The translations under genes were made by a program, and so were the position numbers. DNA of 64,000 bases from the NCBI RefSeq assembly GCF_964204645.1, contig NC_134025.1, positions 8,370,001 to 8,434,000 of the forward strand, in the 5' to 3' direction. The first letter of the stretch is position 1, and each line of letters starts with the position of its first letter. The DNA is from Tubulanus polymorphus. Taxonomy: Eukaryota; Animalia; Nemertea. Positions 10,871-22,800 of this stretch are shown piece by piece. The notes below the pieces were generated by a model. The model was given only the letters and a program-made list of their open reading frames with translations. It ran no database searches and was not told the origin of the DNA.

Positions 10871-13829
10871 AGTGATTACAGGGATGATGGCGATGAAGTT
10901 AATCCATTAGGCCGCGATATTCATCGCCCTTATGGACTTGAGGTTTCTGATAATTCAGTACAAGTACCAACAAAGCTTTTCCGAACAGGGGATGCCGTCC
11001 CTCGGGAAAGCATTGCCCCACCAGTTTGGAGTGGAGATCTAGGAGGTACAGGCATTCACATCAAGGTACACAGTACCCCTACGTCACCAGTTTTATCTGA
11101 CTTTGAGGGTGATTCAAGAAATCCTTTATCCTTTTCAAGTCCAGATTTATACCTCGGAGATGATTCTCAGCGTTCAAATGCAGTTTCAATATCTGCTCTT
11201 GCTGCTGAGAATACCAAGAGAAAGCGGTCAAAATCATTTCTATCAAAACTTAAGGATGGATTGAAAAATGTTAATAAGAGGCGTTCGGCCGGTGAAGGTG
11301 ACTCTTTGCGTCGCAGTCAACCTGATGATTTACACCCATTATCAATGCCTCTTCAATCTTATGCTGGATCCACTCCAGATGTTAGGGCAGATGGAAAAAT
11401 CCCTTACGAAACTAAAGAGAGGGCGTCAACTTTGCCGAAAGACACGGCATTTTCTAGGTTTAAATCGAGTTTAAAGAATTTCGGCCGGCTTGGAGCATCA
11501 TATGATTTTAACCAGTATTCTACTGACTCTCCATTACCGGAAACATATAAGACACGAGTGAGTCCTAATCCACCATGTGATGATGAGGACGGTGATGATA
11601 ATGATGACTATGATACGATTGATGTTGAAGTAGATATTTCGTTAAAATTGGATGTTGAAGAACGTCGTAAGAAAACACGTTCCTCTAATTGTAAGCCATT
11701 TGAGGACTTCAAAAAATTAAGTCCGGATGACGACAACGATGATAATGGAGTAGAAGAGAACAAAGTAAGTTCTGTAACTCTTCGTAGCGATCAAGGTCGC
11801 CGTAATACAGCCAATAATTCTCCAGTCATTAAATCTAATAGTAACGGACGGCAGACCTGTGATGGAAATCAAACAGTAGCATTGATTGACGTAAGCCATG
11901 AGTGTCAATCAAATGGTATCAGCAGATCAAATTCCACGGGCACTGCCAGTCCATTACCAAAGAAATCAATCAGAAATAAGCTTAAATCAGGACTTAAAAA
12001 ATTGACGAAAACAAATAGTGGCTCGTTCGATGTACAGAAAGATGGCCACAATGATGTTGTTGTTGATACCCAATTGGCACTTAGCCTAACTGAATCTATT
12101 CCACCAGTTAGCAACTTGAAATCTACCAGAGCATCTGATTCAACTTCGTTTTCTGTTGATTCGTTGAGCGTCACTTCTTTGGAGTCCGTTGAAATCCGGG
12201 AAGAATTTAAAGATGATGGAACACGTGTTAGAGATGGATCAAACATTGAAACTGATTCATTGAACACTATTTCGACAATATCTGCTGACTCTTTGAATGG
12301 GGGATTGCGGACTTTAAGTTCTGATTCCATCGCCGTTCCAGTTCAGGCACAATCTGACATTCTTGGCGGTTCCGTTAACATTGACCCAGCCTTATATGGT
12401 ACCGATTCTGATCAGTATATTACTGATATCGAGCAACAGGTACTAAAATCACCAAAACTTAAATCCTGTATTGCGCACGCAGGCCACGGGGAATTGAAAA
12501 CAGGTCTCGTTGGTGACCATTCCAGGCATCAAAGTGGAACACAGTTTGGATACGACAATTCGCAAATACAATGCAGTCTTGGTTTAGCAGTGGTTATGGA
12601 GGAAAAACGAGTTGTGACGAAACAGCAGGACAGAATACCGTCATCTCTTAGAGCATCCTGGCTTACTGGGGTAAAAAGATCTAAGACCAATATCCAAAAT
12701 ACAAACGAAATTTCTCCCTCGGTATCTGATTTATTGCAAGACATGCACCCATACCAATCCGATAGCAGTATTCCCCCACCTCCATATCCACAGCCAATGG
12801 CTTGGTACCCAATGTACAATTATACACAAATTCCCAATATCGGATGTCCTGTGACGTCTAATGCTGCCACTCACATGTCAAATTTAGTTCCATCACTTAG
12901 CATGCTTTATCCAGAATATTACGAGTTTATTTCAAAACCAAATCCGTCTGGAGATCGAATCCCTTACATACCACAATGGGTAACCGGCCACGATTCTTTT
13001 GGAGGTTTGGCTTTATACGATGTTAATAAATTGCCAAAACAATATTTGCCTGCAAATTTCGGTCAGTTTAATTTAGCTGGTCCTATATATTATCCTACTA
13101 TTCAATCAATTGGGCATCCGATATATGTGCCACCCTGTAATAATCTTCAACAAGGTGTTAATCCCTATGCCCATTTTACGCATCATGTCCCTGATGACCC
13201 AAATTCTGAATACCGATCTTCGATTCGTAGAAGTAGCATCTGTTCCTTGCAATATCCGGATCTCATGCCTACTCAATGGCATTCAAATTTTAACATTCAG
13301 AATCCAGTATCAAATGTACATAATCCTGTTTATCATTCACCTACACAGTCATTTCAAACGTTCGAAACTCCTCCTCCACCATATTCACAACTCAACAATG
13401 GTACAACGCTTCAAGCTTCGTCTTCAAATGCATCCGATAGCAATACATTTCCGAAATGCTCATGTAGAGAGAACCAATCAAAACCTGAAGGAAAACCCTC
13501 AAATTCAATTCATATAAATCCAACTTATTCTGATTCTGATGATGATCTGTTGCTGGAATCTGATGTTCATTTTCACTGTCCAATGGCAAACAACGAGGTA
13601 GATGTTCCACGCCACTGCACTCTAACATTGAGCGTAGATTTACCTGATAAAAGTTCATCTGCTGCTTGGACATTGAATGGCGCTATTCTTCATTCATCGG
13701 GCAAACATAGAATTATATGCTTCAATAAAAGACAGTTACTGCACGTTCGAAACGTTAACACAGACGATGCTGGGTGTTATGCATGCTTCGGCGATGATTG
13801 GTCTAAAAAGACCTTCGTTAAAGTAGTGG
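2..13829 (+). CDS. Giant coding exon (>13.8 kb): tandem 320-aa repeats, unique disordered region, degenerate Ig
   Basis: ORF 74..13915 is also open upstream to base 2, and the ATG at 74 is simply the Met of a repeat unit. Probable phase-1 donor G|GTATTC at 13829/13830, right after the Ig C-terminal strand (KTFVKVV), joins in frame to acceptor TTTCTAG|TT at 14059/14060. Confidence 0.8.
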
Positions 13830-16800
13830 GTATTCCTCATATTCATCATCCTTATGCTTATTATATAATGCATTTCCCTTTTGCACTATGTTTAGACAAA
13901 TTATTAAATGTTTGATAACATTTTCATGCTAATGATTATTTTATTTCTAATCAGAAATTATAACTAATGTTTAATGATATCATTGACTAACTTAATGTGC
14001 GTGAAGAGTGTTTTTACATGACGACTTACTTAAATGCTGTAAATTCTTGTCATTTCTAGTTGAAAAACCCAGATTCCTCGGCCCATTAAAAGACCAACGA
14101 TGCAAGGAGAACGAAACTGTTACGTTTAAGTGCGAGACATCCAAACCTGATGTCCAAATCACCTGGCTGAAAGGCGATCAAGAATTAAAACCAAGTGATC
14201 GTATTGTCATGAAAACGGAAGGCACTGAACACACATTGACAATTCCGAAAACCCTTCTATCAGATGACTCGTCATATTCTGCAACAATCGAAAATGACAA
14301 AACAACTGCTAAATTAGAGGTGGAGGGTAAGTTTTCACCTCAAGTAGTCGCGTTCTGTGTTTGGCTGTGTTATTTCGTTTATGCACTTTTGTTGATGATA
14401 AGAAATAAGTACGGAAGTAAGGTGTTGTGAATCTTACATATGCAGTGTAGTTGAATTAACAATTTGCTCAGGAGGAATAACTACTTTGTGTTCACACATC
14501 TTCGATTTTGTATACTTAACACATTCATTGTTTTTGTAACTTGTAACATGTTGTTTTTTTGTGTTATTTTCTTACATTAGAAGTGTTGATTTAATTGCAT
14601 GTTTGGATATTAATTATTTTTCTTTCAAACCTGCTAAATGGCATGTTAACTTTTTTAAATTCCGTGAATAGATATGTTTAAGTTTTTGAGTCTTGCTGCT
14701 GTATGATATACAAAATAATGTGTCATATAATGAGATCGCCTGTAGTTTCTCCACCTTCTTTTAGATAGTATGACGACTGTAGAGGTCAATTTCTATGGCC
14801 TCGGCGAGGAAAAAACCGCCTTCTAGAAAATCCTAGTCCAGTATTGGAAGGCCCATGAGCTCATGAGCCAAATAGGACATTGTCAATACGCGAATATCTG
14901 TCATTCGGAACAAAGACGATGATAGCACAAACATATTCAGTTAGTTACCGGACTCCGTAAATGTAGTTACAATTTGACGGATATAGAGATACCATTTGAA
15001 TATCTGCATGGACCACCTTCGTATTTTGTGCATGTGATTGCTTATTTGACTTTTTGCATTTTGTATCAAAAAATATTGTTATTTATTGTTATTTGAAATA
15101 CTCATCCCCTGATTCTATGTTTAGTTAATTACTCTGTAGTCATTCAGTCAGCTATTTGATGAGAAATAGTTTGTGTGGCTTATACCCGAAGAAAAAAGCA
15201 CCTATTGCGTTACAGTTTCGTTACGAGTCTCATTTACAGTCCAGTAATGAAACATATCATATATTATATGTGTATTTGAGACAAAATATATAGATTTCAT
15301 GTATTTATATTATTTGTATATTATTTGTTCATGTATTTACATATAAAAAATTCAAATAAACGCAAAAAGATTAGATTTTGGCCACATTCTCTACATATCA
15401 TTTATAAATTTATAAAATTCTTATATTCTTATATAGATTTTGATTATATTTGCGTGTAACAGTGCTTCTTCAAATTGTGATATTTGTGTACAATAAAATG
15501 TCAAATCAATGTTTAGATTTCTATTCTATCGTATTAAGTCTAAATAAATATTTGTATTACGAATTTTCATTGTTTAAACTTGTTTTCGTTTGTACTAATA
15601 ATTGGCATTTCGCATGAGGAATAATAACGCTTATCAATCTGCATGGTTTTCAAAACGCCTGCTAAGTTGTGATATGGATTAGTTTTTTGTAATACCGCGG
15701 TACTATAAACCTCGCCTTACTCGGACATGGCCAACTCGTACTCTAGAATAACCCCGAGAAAAACTAAATCATTTTTCTGACTCCCTAACATATTTTCGTA
15801 TCCTTATTATGGCGGGCGATAACCACCAAAATATAGCATTACTTTGAAAGATAACAAAATGATGATGAAAAGATAGTGAAAAGATAGAAAATGATGATAA
15901 AAAGATAGTGAAATAATGAAAAGATAGTGAAATGGTGATAAAAAGACTTAAGATACACGGTGATAAAAAGATGCCAAAATTGTGCCGGTCCCAGCTTGTC
16001 CGCGTTAGGCGAGGTTAAAGCTTACATACACTTTCTAGAAATATACGAACATACGTAATGTAAAGTAGGACGTTGGCCCAAAAATGTGGAAACAATGCTG
16101 CTTCTCGGGTATCGCTTCAAAGCCACATTGATATCATTTAAGAAATAATCATCTCGGCCCAATCTTATAATAATTCTATGATTATATCTCAGCGGATCGA
16201 AAATTCACCAAGCCACTTACTGGAAAGAAATGTTCCGAAGGAGACACCATCACATTGGAGTGCCAGGTATCTGTCGACAATGCCGACGTGTCCTGGTTCG
16301 TTAACGGAAAAACGATTACACCGAATGATAAATACGAAATTGTCACTGATGGGAAAACACGAAAACTCATCATACACAACGCACAGCTTGATGACGAAAC
16401 GGATTATACGGCTAAATTGGAGGACAAAGCTGAAACAACTGCTCCATTAACCGTCAAAGGTAATCTATATGCATGAATTCACGATTAAAATTATGAAACT
16501 TTCAAAATATAAAAATACCGTTATCACTAATTCTGTCGATCACCTGATCCCCTGATTCGAAAGAACTCAGGAAAAAACAAGATAGCTATTTATCTTCCAT
16601 AAAAAAAGCTTTATTTGCGGTTACATGCATTAAAATATAAGGCAAGGTGCAGTTTTTAGGTAGAATTTTGACATTCTCGTAGAAAAATCTCTGGCCAAAT
16701 CTCGACCTAGAAACTGCACCTGTAATTGTAACTAGTCTTTCAGAATATTCGAATATATTACGCAACAATTTAGAATATACTGGTGTCAATCTCTTATTCA

Positions 16801-19800
16801 GTTTTCTACACGCCAAATTTCCAAATTATCAATTATTATTATCATTATTTGTGTTGAGAGGCCGCAGGTATTTACTTGTGCAGTCCGCATTCCGCTTAGC
16901 TGGATCAATCTGAAAGTTGATGTAGCCCGACGATTATTTAACGGTCCTCCAATACATAAAATTCACAATACGTAAAATTTGATGTTTTTATTCAGATACA
17001 ACAAAAACTAGATTGACAATTTCATGGGTGTCGTCAAATGATCCGAGATCCGAATCCGTGGTTTTGCAATCAGAACTAATAATGTTAATTTGAATTTGAA
17101 TTACATCCAGATTCCTTTCCCAAACCGATTCCGTGATTTAGTCCCACCATCGCCTTCACGAGGGACCATCGCAACAAATTTTATATTGCCATGTACCATA
17201 GATGCATAGAGGATACAGTCCCTAAAACATGGAATTGACAAAGTAGTTTAAATCTTGTACCGTATTCTACTAAAGGCATGATGACACGAGGCGCCGCGCG
17301 CGCGTGTTAAACATGAGACGGCAAGCCGCGGCGCGTGGGCTTCGTCGACCTCCCAGCCATACAGAGCGTCACTTTGAACTAAACAGCCTGCTAAAACTCA
17401 AACATAAGGTGTATATCGGTGACAACAACTAACAGTAGAACTTCCAATTAATTGTTTTGTTCTGCTGTCAGTTTATTGCATGTCTTACTTAACTATGTAT
17501 GAATCTTATATACGCCACGGCGCAATAAAAATAAGTTGTCAAATTGTTCTCATTTTCGCCCAAAAGAAATAACCCTAGTTATGGCCCTGTATCTGATCGG
17601 ATCTTATCTTAGATATATAAAGACTAAGACAAATAAAGAAATATCGATGAATAATACAATGAAAAAAGTAAAAAATTAAATGAAGTCAGAGTAAGACAAT
17701 TTTTCAAATTGTTTTAGGCCTGTTCAGTTCATTTTGTCAAATAGCTGTTGCCAAAATAGACTAAGAATGCATGAAATTACTAAGATTTGTTCTTATTTTA
17801 ATGGTTAGAATTGAATGCTTTTTTTGTACAGAAATTCCTGTTGCCATAAAAGCACCATTAAAAGACAAGGCTTGTTTGACACGTGATTCTGTCACCCTTG
17901 AATGTGAACTCACAAAACCAGACGCTCAAGTGAAATGGATGAAAAATGGAAAGGAAATCAAACCTGAAGATGGATACAAAATTGAAGTGGATGGATGCAA
18001 GCATCGACTTATCATTCCAAATGCTAAACAGGACGATGAGGCTGATTTTACTTTGTCAGTTGAAAAACTTTCTACTAAAGCAAATCTTACTGTCAGTGGT
18101 GAGTTCAATTTATATTTTGATTCTGCAATTCATGAGTGGGTAATATCTCAAGTTTTAATGTAGGCAGTAACCTAACAGTGGGTTTATATTCCACAGAGTA
18201 TCAATGAAAAACCAAAACTTTACTGTGCATGCATCTATTGAATATCCTCTAACCTAGAATTCGATGTTTCAAATCCAGACGAAATTGTCGTTCCATTATC
18301 TGAAAAGTTTGTGAAAGAAGACGAATATGTTGAATTCACAGCAGAGCTCATCAAACCAAACCTTCCAGTGAAATGGACAAAAAGTGGTGTTGAAGTTAAA
18401 CCATCTGACCACGTCAAAATAACTAGTGATGGCACAAAATATAAGCTTTCAATTCCTAAAGCTCATCTTGATGATGAAGCAATGTTTGCTTTAGTTCTTC
18501 CCAGTGGTAGAAAAACTGATGCCAAATTACATGTTGAAGGTAACCACATATATATATATATAGAAAATAGCATCTCCAGATATTCATATCGAATTACTTG
18601 ATGACTTTTCTTATATTCTTTGTTGTAGAACTGCCAGCAGAGATTATCCGGGGTCTTGAGGACAAAGTCATACGAGAAAAAGACACTGTAACGTTTGAAT
18701 GTGAAGTCTCAAAGTTAAAGGTGAACACTCACTGGTATAAAGATGACCGCGATCTCATCCATGATGATAAATATGAGATGTCATCTGATGGGCAAGTGCA
18801 TAGGTTAACTATAAAATCAGCAAATCGCTATGATGCTGGAGACTTTACTATTGTTGTCGAAGGAACATTGAAATCAACTGGAAATCTGAAAGTTGAATGT
18901 AAGTGATATTTACCACCAAATCAACCGGTACTCGAATTTAATATGACATAAATAGAAATACTTGTAATTGGTACAGTTTTGTAGACATTCATTTTTGTAT
19001 ATATCATTCTTTGCATATCTTTTAGGTGTTCCTGATGCTCCAGAATCACCTGAAATCAGTGATATCTTCAAGGATTCATGTACAGTCAATTGGCAGCCAC
19101 CTAATTTTGATGGAGGCTGTCCGATAATTGGTTACAATATTGAAAGGCGTGTTGTTGGTAATCCTCGATGGTTAAAAGTCAACAAAGAGTTGATACCAGA
19201 ATTATCACTGAATATCACTGACTTGTCTGAAGGTTTAGAGTATGAATTCCGCATTTGCGCTGAAAACAAGGTTGGCTGTGGTGACTGGAGCAAGCCATCT
19301 AAACCGGTCACTGCAAAGGATCCGTGGAGTGAGTGATATTTAGTTAAAGAAGTTTTAGATGATTTCATACATAACAGGAAACTTAAAATCTTTTTGCCAA
19401 TCTTATTTAGGTCTCCCTGGTCGACCTGGAATTCCGCAATATAGTAGAATAACAGATGACTCGATTGATTTGAAGTGGACTCCACCAGAAGATGATGGTG
19501 GTGCACAAATTATCAATTATGTTATTGAATATCGAGACACAAAATCTACTGAATGGATCACTGCCAATCCCAACAAACTTGTACCAGAATTGGAGTTTAC
19601 AGTTACGAACCTGAAAACTGATCATTTGTATGAGTTCCGTATAAGAGCTCAAAACAAAGTTGGTATTGGTGAACCATCGAAGAACACTGAAGAAGTTCGT
19701 ATAAAGAAACCACTTGGTGAGTTGTCGTTAATATCAGATATTAGATGGTATCTTTCAATCACTACCACTGTGTAAATGATACATTTTGAATTGAATTTCT

Positions 19801-22800
19801 TTTCTACAGTTGGTGAGCCCCCTCAGCTGATAACACCATTAGAAGATAAAATCGTAGTTATGCCAAAGGAAGCTGTGTTTGAATGTCACTTCACTCCAGG
19901 AAATCCTACTTCTGATATAAGATGGTAGGTTTAAAGCTGGCTACATACATATTATTACCATATTATTAGATGATGGGAAGGAAATGAGATTAATTACAAT
20001 GTCATAACATCATTCTAGGTTCAAAGATGAACAGCCTTTGGCTGCTAGTGATCACCATCTCATGTTGTGGAAACCGGACAAAGAGCTTGCGAGTTTGACC
20101 ATTAAAAATCTTCAACCTTCTGACAATGGAAAATATAGCTGTGAAGCTCGTAATATAATTGGCTATGCTGAAACTTCTGCTACACTCACTGTGCATGGTA
20201 TGGCTATATCCACATTATGATTTCTTTATTATTAATACAATATTTCATTTTCTAATTATGACGTTTTTTACTTTAGCTCATCCAACTTTGACTTATGAAG
20301 ATAAGCTTAAAGAGATGCAACTATTGAAGGTCTCACAGATGCTTTCTTTGAAAGTTGATGTAGATGGAATTCCTATGCCAACAGTAGAATGGTTTTTCAA
20401 TGATAAACCAGTTGAAACCAGTCAACGGTTCGTTATTGATACCAAACAAAAAGTATCGGTTCTCTCCGTGAAAAATGTCACAAGAGAAGACACTGGAAAA
20501 TATAAGGCAGTTGCCACTAATGTTGTTGGCAGTGTCGCTGGAGAATTTGAAGCCAAAATTAGGGGTATGTTTACTATTTCATTATTTGATAAATTTCAAT
20601 ACTATCTTAATATTCTATAAATAAATTTACTCAAACTTTTACACTTTTAGATAAACCTTCTCCTCCAATTGACCTTAAGACTACCGATATACAAAAAGAA
20701 TCAATCTCTGTTATCTGGCAACAACCAAAAGATGATGGTGGAGCTGAGATTACACATTACATCCTGGAACGACGCGATGTTAAACGTGATACATGGATTA
20801 CAGTTGCTAAAGTTGAAGCATCTGTGCTGTCGTATAAGATAGAAAAACTCATTGAAGGCAATGAATATGATGTTCGTGTGTCAGCTGAAAATATCGTTGG
20901 TCAAAGCTTACCCACTAACCTACCTCAAACTGTTACATGTAAAAGTCCTTATGGTGAGTATTTCTAAATTTTAGCTCAATAACTTAAATGCACAGCAATG
21001 ATACTTACGATAGATAAATCTATTATTTCAGATGTTCCTGGACCTCCTCGTAACCTTCACCCAACTGATGTCACAAAAACGCAATGTACATTAAATTGGG
21101 AACCTCCGGAGTCTGATGGTGGGTTGCCGATTACTGGCTACATTGTTGAAAGAAAACAAGTGGGTAGCAACCGATGGGTACGGGTCAACAAAGAACCAAC
21201 TATGGATTTGTCAATGACTGTGACAGATGTACAAGAAAGCCAAGAGTATGAGTTCCGAGTAAGTGCTCAAAATGATGAAGGTGTAGGCAAGCCGTCAGAT
21301 GTTACTGCTGCAATAAAGATCAAAGACCCATACGGTGAGTTGATATGAATATGTTTTGTCTTTTGAAATTATTTCTTTTGCACTGGGTATGTCTTAATTA
21401 GGATGTATATTTGTGAATCAAATTCTTTGGATTCTTGAATGTTTCAGATGTGCCTGGCCAACCAGGTAAACCTGTTGTCGAGGACCTTACTGCAACCACC
21501 TGTATGTTAAAATGGTCATCACCAACAGATGATGGTGGTTCCCCTATCATTAATTACATTGTTGAAATGAAAAAGCCAAAGGACAAGTCGTGGACCACAA
21601 TCAGTACTGGTGTAACTGTGCCATTCTGTGAATACAATGTCCACGGTTTGACTCAAGAAATTGACTACATTTTCCGTGTGACAGCTGAAAACAAAGCTGG
21701 ACAGGGAAAACCATCTGAACCATCAGACATTGCTAAATATGGTATGTAGTTCAACTGGCTAGAATTTATTTGGCATTTTGAGTCCATCTCGTCTTAACTT
21801 TTTGTATTTTGATGTTTTAAGTTGAACCACTTAAGTTACTCCGGCCACTACAAGATCAGAAGGTCAATGAATTACCAAACACAGCAACATTTGAGTGTGA
21901 GCTTTCCAAGGCAGGTCTTGATGTTAAGTGGTTTAAGAATGGCAAGCCCATCTCTCCTGGAGACAAATACAAGATGGTATCTGACAAAGGAGTTTATCGA
22001 CTTATCGTTAACGATATCACAGCTGATGATGATGCAGACTTCTCAATCAAAGTTGGAGATATAGAATCAAATGCGGCCTTGCTTGTTGAAGGTATATAGC
22101 AATCCATTAGATACTATATATATGAGATTTGCTGGAAAATTTATTGTAACTTGTTACTTTCCAGTGATGTATTCATGTTATAAACCATCTACCCGGTATT
22201 ATGATTAAGATGAAATTGTTTTGGGAGTTAGAGATAGAATACAATGAATTAGATTATATCATTATAGAAAAGGTACCAGTTATCTTTCTTTTATCATTTC
22301 AGTGCCACCAAAGATCTTATTGGACATGGAGAAATTTAAAGATACATTGGTAATGAAGACTGGTACGTCAACGGTAGTTGAGATTCCATTTTCAGCAGCG
22401 CCAATGCCGAAAATCATATGGTCTTTTAATGATGGCCAGTTCCCCGACGCTAAGAGAATCAGAGAAGAGACAATTCCTGGTATGACTGCATTAACACTGG
22501 GTAAGGTCGTCCGTACTGATGCTGGAGAGTACACACTTGTCATCGAGAATGAATTTGGTAGCAGCACATTGACTATTACACTTATAGTACTGGGTAAGTT
22601 TCATTACTGATTTTATTGTTTTCTTCTTAAATAAGAACGTACGTGATCTTGATCTAAGTGCATTTGTTATAGACAAACCTTCCCCTCCAAGAAACCTAGT
22701 CATTGATGACATCACTCCACAATCTGCCCATTTGAAATGGGAGGAGCCAGAATGGAATGGTGGCTGTGATATAACAGGGTATGTTATTGAAAAACGAGAT

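Noticed and set aside
17140-17245. Possible decayed LINE 3' end (RG/HRNKF..CTIDA..PKTWN across frames)
   Set aside because: It needs several frameshifts and the motifs are too short to support without a database search.
17572-17592. ccctagttatggccctg, resembling a DNA transposon terminus
   Set aside because: I found no partner inverted repeat or target-site duplication in the intron.
17771-17831. Signal-peptide-like MKLLRFVLILMV in frame with Ig exon 3, and similar hydrophobic ORF starts and ends throughout
   Set aside because: These are translations of T-rich intron ends next to canonical AG/GT sites; titin-family proteins are intracellular.
18547-18562. Short (TA)n run in an intron
   Set aside because: An ordinary microsatellite in AT-rich intron sequence.
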